Below, one piece after another: positions 33,555 through 38,906 of a DNA stretch of 38,906 nucleotides. The notes beneath the pieces are model-generated. The model was given only the letters and a program-made list of their open reading frames with translations, searched no databases and had not been told where the DNA came from. Source of the stretch: Rhizaria sp. SCN 62-66. Lineage: Eukaryota. Every line of letters starts with the position of its first letter. Positions within the stretch are counted from its first letter, which is position 1. The DNA lies in the NCBI GenBank assembly GCA_001724265.1, contig MEDY01000352.1, positions 1-38,906 of the forward strand. Reading direction: 5' to 3'. The position numbers and the translations under genes were made by a program.

Positions 33555-33813
33555 AGATATTTCGTCGAGTCATCTTCGCAGCAAAAGGTATGGTTGCGGG
33601 TGCGTGAAACATGAAACATACCTGAAACAAAGCACGCTGCTACAGTCATGAGAGACACAACATGCGAACGCCAGGTGCCGCCATGCAAAGAGAGATAGCG
33701 GGCGTAGTGACTGTGCCAATTAACAAAATGAGAACGAGCCAGTCAAGAAGTGAGTGGATAACCGACAGTAGAAGGAGATGCAACGAGCACAACAGAGAGC
33801 TTGTTTTGTTTGC

Positions 33814-33919
33814 GATGTTGAATCAGAAAATCGGTTAGAAAAAAAGTGTAATCAAGCACGCTTTTGAATTCACGCACATATCAGCAACACGGACCAATAA
33901 TTTTCATCATTTAAACATC
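33814..33919 (-). ncRNA. Box C/D snoRNA family B, copy 2 (U18/snR18-like)
   Basis: Box C at 33910-33904. The guide TTGGTCCGTGTT sits just before D' CTGA (33884-33881) and is complementary to the conserved LSU rRNA AACACGGACCAA. Box D at 33826-33823; terminal stem GATGTT/AACATC. Confidence 0.85.
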
Positions 33920-34126
33920 ACAACTAAAGAGCGAAGGAAAACAGTAGTCGTAGACATACCTTATGAACACGGAACTACGCGTCGACACCACACATCGAGA
34001 GAAGAGCACAAGAGCTAAACAAGCGCAAATATGACGCGACAGAAAAGAAAGCAATCGCAGAGACAATGATGTGAGCGCAGGCTTGTGTTAACGTTGGTGC
34101 GAGAGAAGCAAGTGACTAAAAGTACC

Positions 34127-34214
34127 ATGTTCAGTCGCGTCAGGAAAGTTTATAATCATTCATCCGTGTTTAACAGACACGGATCAGGAACTTGGATGTT
34201 GGATCATCATTATA
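34127..34214 (-). ncRNA. Box C/D snoRNA family A, copy 1 (snR48/U60-like guide)
   Basis: Box C at 34210-34204, D' CTGA at 34187-34184, box D at 34134-34131. The D guide AACTTTCCTGACGC is near-complementary to the conserved LSU GUGUCAGAAAAGUU. It lies in intron 34270-33975. Confidence 0.8.
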
Positions 34215-34285
34215 GTGTAAATGTGGTAGAAAGGACGGAAACGCATGATGTGTGCGTGTGTGTTACATACCCAGCAGCTGGATTC

Positions 34286-34859
34286 TCACTTCTTCTTGAC
34301 AACAACAACCTTGGTGTTGCTGGCAGACTCGTAGACGGAGTTGGGAGCCTTGCGGGTGAAGGAGAACTCACCAAACTGCGAGGCCAGCCAACACGGTGGA
34401 AAGCGACAAAAGAATAAAGCGATTGAGATGGTGAGTGACATGTAGTGAATCCGAAGTTGCCAGCAAACAAGCGGGTTTAGGTTTTGGGTGGTGGGTTGTT
34501 AAGGTAGTCAGAAGGTAGGTTTAAAATAAGTGTAATCAAGCACGCTTTTGAATTCACGCACATATCATCAACACGGACCAATAATTATCATCATGTGTAA
34601 CATTCGAAAAAGATCGTAGTTTCATAGGAGGCGATATACATACCTTAAAGCCGACGTGCTGCTCGGTAACTTCGAGCGGCTCGTACTTCTTTCCGTTGTG
34701 GACGGCGAAGCGGATGCCGATGAACTCGGGGAGGATCATTGACGCGCGATTGGTGATGTTGATGGGCGCCTTCTGGGGCTCATTCTTGCGAACCATGGCG
34801 CGCACGACACGCACAATCGATGGGTGGCAGAAGGGGCCCTTCCAAATCGAGCGAACCAT
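34286..34859 (-). CDS. rps19: Nuclear-encoded mitochondrial ribosomal protein uS19m, 101 aa; exons 34859-34644 and 34375-34286
   Basis: MVRSIWKGPF...RASMILPEFIGIRFAVHNGK...HVGFK|FGEFSFTRK is the bacterial/mitochondrial S19 signature. Phase-0 intron AAG|GTATGT...CGCAG|TTT; stop TGA. There is also a 5'-UTR acceptor (CTAAC..CAG at 34865-34864). Confidence 0.92.
34504..34598 (-). ncRNA. Box C/D snoRNA family B, copy 1 (U18/snR18-like)
   Basis: Box C at 34594-34588, the same TTGGTCCGTGTT guide followed by a degenerate D' (ATGA), and box D CTGA at 34511-34508. It lies inside the coding intron of rps19. Confidence 0.8.
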
Positions 34860-35396
34860 CTTTCTGTAGGGTTAGAATCAAATCGGGGCGAACAAAAAGG
34901 GTTCCAGTGAGCACGATATACGGCACAGTCAGACATATAATAAGCAGGTACAATAGATTACAAAGTCAAGTATCTCTGCAAGAGACGAAACACGCTATAC
35001 AATGTACTCCACACCCTGTGTGCAGGGCGCAAGATAGGCCCTCGATGTCGTCTCTCAGCCCACTGCTCGCGGTCCAACTCTAGACTCGGCCGCCTAAGGG
35101 CACTTACGACCCACAGTCACCAGTCTGGTCGTCTGCCAGAGACAAACTGACCGACCGACCGACCAACTCAACGAGAGGCAGTGGAGCAGAGGACTAAGGA
35201 GGCAGCCTTGGAATTCCGTTATGATACTTGCTGTCGGCGTGTTGATATATAATTTCGTTGTATTTTTTAATGATCATGCATTAATCAAGTAGTGGCTCTG
35301 CTTGGTGGTTTATCGGAGTCTTGCGCTGTTCTGAGTCGATTTTGTGCTCCTTGCTCACCCTTGCTCTCGTCTCTTCCTTTTCGCTCTTTGCAGACC

Positions 35397-36557
35397 ATGT
35401 CCAAGGGTGTGTTTGCTCTCTTGCTCGTCGCCATCGCCTGCGCGTCTGGTGCTACGTTCGAGGTACGTGCTAATCTTGTCCTGCTTCCTCTTCCCGTCAT
35501 CTTCCGTCCCATGTCTTGCTTTTCATCCCTCCACCCCATCACCTCACCCCTGCTCTTTGCTTCTCTACTCTCTGCTTCCTTTGCTCCTTGCTTTGTTGTT
35601 GCGTAGAATGAGGTGAACATTCGCAACGACCCCTACCTTCAGCGCGTGGTAGAGGAGGCCGTTGAGATGGGCGAGAATTCGATTCTCGACCTCGCGATGC
35701 GCGACACGGCCACCGCCCACCTCGAGGCTCCCCACGAGATCGCTTCGTCTTTGCTCGCCGTCTCGAGCGAGATTCTCGGCTCCCCCGTCCCGCGCGCCCT
35801 CCGCGGCGTGCCCCGCCCTTCTGCAGCCAAGGCCGCCGCCCCCGCGACGCAGGGCGTGTCGTTCGTGTCTGTCGACGAGTACGCCGAGTTCGAGGCCCTG
35901 CTGGGCTCGAGCGAGGAGGAGCGCCTCATCGCGCGCAAGAAGGCCGAGCTGGCCGCCGACGCCGCCGAGAACGCCGACCTGCTGAACCAGTTCGAGGACC
36001 TTTCGGCCACGGTCGACCGCTTCCAGGGTGAGCTGGCCCGCGAGGAGTCGATGTCGTTCGCCGACGCCTCCGTCTCCGCCGAGGAGGCCCTCGAGGCCGA
36101 GTCCGAGGCCGAGGCCGAGTCCGAGGCCGACGCCGAGGTGCAGCAGGAGTTTGAGGCCGACATCGAGGCCGAGCTGGACGCCGACGCCGAGTTCGACCTC
36201 ACGGCCGACGTCGATGACCGCATTGTGGCCCGCGCCGCGCGCGACGCCGCGCGCAAGACGGCCGCCGCCGTGCAGGCCGAGATCGAGGCCGAGTACGACC
36301 TCACCGCGTTCCTCGAGCTCGATGCCTCCGTCTCCGCGGGCGCCGACTCTGGCGCCGCCGCACTGACCGCCGCGCTGGCGGACCTGGCCGCGCCCGCGAT
36401 GTAGAGTGAGGCGCTGGAGCCCACACTGTCGGAGGAGGCCGCCGCCGAGGCCGAGGGGCACGACCTGCCCACGTTGTCGTTCCTGCTGACCGAGGAGGAG
36501 CTCACGTCGCAGCTCCACGCGCTGCAGAAGGACTTTGCCAACACCAACGCCAACTAA
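35397..36557 (+). CDS. Secreted acidic Glu/Asp/Ala-rich protein; exons 35397-35462 and 35607-36557; in-frame TAG at 36402-36404
   Basis: Signal peptide MSKGVFALLLVAIACASGA on exon 1 and a phase-0 intron GTACGT...TAG (35463-35606). GC3-rich coding pattern and amino-acid composition persist for 50 codons past the TAG up to TAA 36555-36557. It ends at 36404 if TAG is a stop. Confidence 0.8.
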
Positions 36558-36984
36558 GTGTCTGAGTCAGGAAAAACCCATCACTCGATGAAGCGAGATA
36601 TGGGAGTGGAGTGGATTGGTAAAAGGTTTCTGTTTGGTAGTTGTGAAGTGAGTTGTTGTTTGGAGGAGGTTCAATGCACGTTCTTTATAATGCAACGTAT
36701 AAAACTAGTACAATACAATAGCTAAAGCTAATAGTTTTCTCTTGATCGAAGTTGATAGAGGCTTGTTTTGATTTGAGTCTTTGTATTCTATCCAGTCAAT
36801 GACATGGATGATATATTTGTTCCTCCGGCGGAGTCTCTTTCTTTCGTTCAGTCAAACACCACCTGCTACCACTGCAACGAAGAAGAAAAAAAAAAGACGT
36901 CCGTTTCAGCAAACACACACAGATTCATGCGCGTGTGCGTGTCTCTCGTACTTTAACAGCAACAAAGCGTCGTCCTGACACTAG

Positions 36985-38268
36985 TTACATGTCAGCACCG
37001 GCGGCACGGAGCTCGCTGAGACCGCTCTGGAGCGTGCGGACGCGGCGGGCGAGGTCCTCAGCACCGGGGATGACCTGGTTCTTGGCCTTGATCATCTGCG
37101 TCTCGAACTGCATGAGGTCGTCCATCTCCTTCTGCGCCATCTTGAGGTCGTTCTGGAGACGGAACTCCTTGAGCTTGTGGACAGAGTGGCGGCGCTGGTG
37201 GCGCAGCTGGTGCAGCGCGTTCTTCATGATCTTCTCGTTCTTGCGAGTCTGCGCGAGCTGGTTCTTGATGCGGCGCACGGCGAGGACGGCGTTCTTGTTC
37301 CAGACCTTGTAGGTCTCGATCTTGGCCGTGGCGTCCTTGATCTTGGCGCTGATCTCGTCCCAGAGCAGGATGTCGTGCTCGTAGTTGGGGTCGTTGGTCG
37401 CCTCGTCCTCACCGAGCAACAGGCCGTCGGGGATGGTGCTCTCGTCAGCGCCGGGGACGGCGCCGGGGGCGTGCTTGAGGTTGACGAGCGAGCCGGGGAG
37501 GGCCTTGTCGGTGGGAAGCTCGCCGAGACCGAGGGCGTACTCCTCGTGAATGTCGCGCTTCTTCTTCTTCTTGGCGGCCGCAGAGTCGGCCTCGGCGGTG
37601 GAAGCGAAGAGGGCGTCAACGTCGACCTCAGCAAACGCCTCGGAGGACGCGTCGACCGCGGTCTCAGCCTCGAGACCGGCGAGGGCCTCCTGCTCAACGT
37701 CGACCTCGGCATCAGCGTCGGCGTCGACGTCAGCAAGAGCCTCGAGGGTGATCTCGGACGAAGCCTCAGCCTCAGCCTCAGCGTCGGCGTCAACGCCGGC
37801 AGCGTTGGCCAGCTCGATGTCGACCTCGCTGTCCATCTCTGCGTCGATCTCCACCAGCATGGGCGACGGAATCTCCGCGTTCACATCAAATGCCACCTGA
37901 GAGGCGCACCGACAGTCAAGGAAACGCCCGGGGGGCAAGGGGCAAGGGGACGAAGGGAAGGGGCGAGAGCAGGGTTACAAGGTGGTGTGGGGAGCAACAA
38001 AAGGTGAGCTACAGAAGAAGAAGGCAACGCTATCCAAACACAAGATGACATTTGATCGATAGAATATGTGTCAGGGACTACATTAAATTTGATCACAGAC
38101 GCGAGCAACGGTGTGGGCGACCGCTGTAGACGTCGGGAAGGAACCTCCAACTGGACTCTTCGATGTGGGGAGTGAGGGGAACAAAAGGGGGGCAAATGTG
38201 AGGAAAAGACGTACCGAGGTGGCGGCAAATGCGACCACTGCCACGAGAATGGCAAGGATAGTCCGCAT
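36985..38268 (-). CDS. Secreted protein with acidic DADAEAE-rich N-region and basic coiled-coil C-region; exons 38268-38215 and 37896-36985
   Basis: Signal peptide MRTILAILVAVVAFAATS on exon 1 and a phase-0 intron GTACGT...TCAG (38214-37897). GC3-rich ORF with a KKKKKR tract and a heptad-like C-terminal half; stop TAA. Confidence 0.8.
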
Positions 38269-38906
38269 CTTACAATACCAGATGTCCTGGGATTTGTCCA
38301 GGGCTCTCAAAACGATCTCTCGATGATCACCCAAAGGAGGCCCAGCCAAGCCAGCCCCACTTAGGGAGTGACTGTGAGCAAGGACTAAAATTACATTTCT
38401 TTTTTCGACCGGCGATCACTCTCTAAACTTCGTTAGTGGTGGGCCCATTGATTTCATCTGTTATCCAACGAATTCATTGTTTATTACATATTATTTGAGT
38501 TTGAAACTCTGATAAATTACTTAATCTATGCAGCTGGCTGAAGGCTCCCATGAGCAGGTTAATCTTTCCTTGCTCTATTATGAGGGTATAGAGAGCCTTA
38601 GTGAGCACCCACGATGGAGGCACTTATTCACTACAACTGATAAACACGATAACATTTGGCAATGCTATTAATATGCACTTATATCTTATTCTTCATTGCT
38701 TTTGGCTGCTCTGTCACGAGCTCTCGCTGACAACTTGCACAGCAAGACAAATGTTGAGCGCGCATAAGACGGTGCAATCAAGAGACAATAGACTTAGGCC
38801 AAGATATGATAACCCCTATGTAGCGTCAACTAAAAAACGCGATTTCGCGCTTTTTTTGCGACTTTGGCGCACTTTCGTAGAAGTTATCAAACTACGTGGT
38901 TTATTT

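Noticed and set aside
33467-34598. Repeats considered as a CRISPR-like array or mobile element
   Set aside because: There are only two copies each, bounded by C and D boxes and lying within introns, so snoRNAs explain them.
36401-36410. Tiny intron (GTAGAGTGAG) removing the TAG
   Set aside because: 10 nt is too short, it shifts the frame, and the donor does not match the GTAYGT/GTAAG consensus used elsewhere.
38832-38857. Hairpin followed by a T-run resembling a rho-independent terminator
   Set aside because: Eukaryotic context, a short imperfect stem and no associated gene.

Overview
Nuclear DNA from a microbial eukaryote, with GC-rich exons, AT-richer spacers and GT-AG introns carrying GTAYGT/GTAAGT donors. 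The lineage cannot be fixed from this window. Eleven genes are supported: an ABCA transporter (one intron, plus a frameshifting deletion in NBD2), LSm8, an ankyrin/Pro-rich/WW protein, a HAD hydrolase head-to-head with mitochondrial SHMT, PP2A B56, RNA polymerase III RPC1, a Crinkler/RHS-type NTPase+REase gene, nuclear-encoded mitochondrial uS19, and two convergent acidic secreted-protein genes. Two signals are missed by the ORF track. (1) Four in-frame TAG codons interrupt otherwise intact reading frames in two unrelated genes, while every gene model ends in TAA or TGA. This suggests UAG is decoded as an amino acid (variant nuclear code, readthrough or editing). (2) The uS19 gene hosts four intronic box C/D snoRNAs (a U18/snR18-like and an snR48/U60-like family, each duplicated), three of them in 3'-UTR introns separated by 15-18 nt non-coding micro-exons. 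All calls come from reading motifs by eye; no database searches were run.
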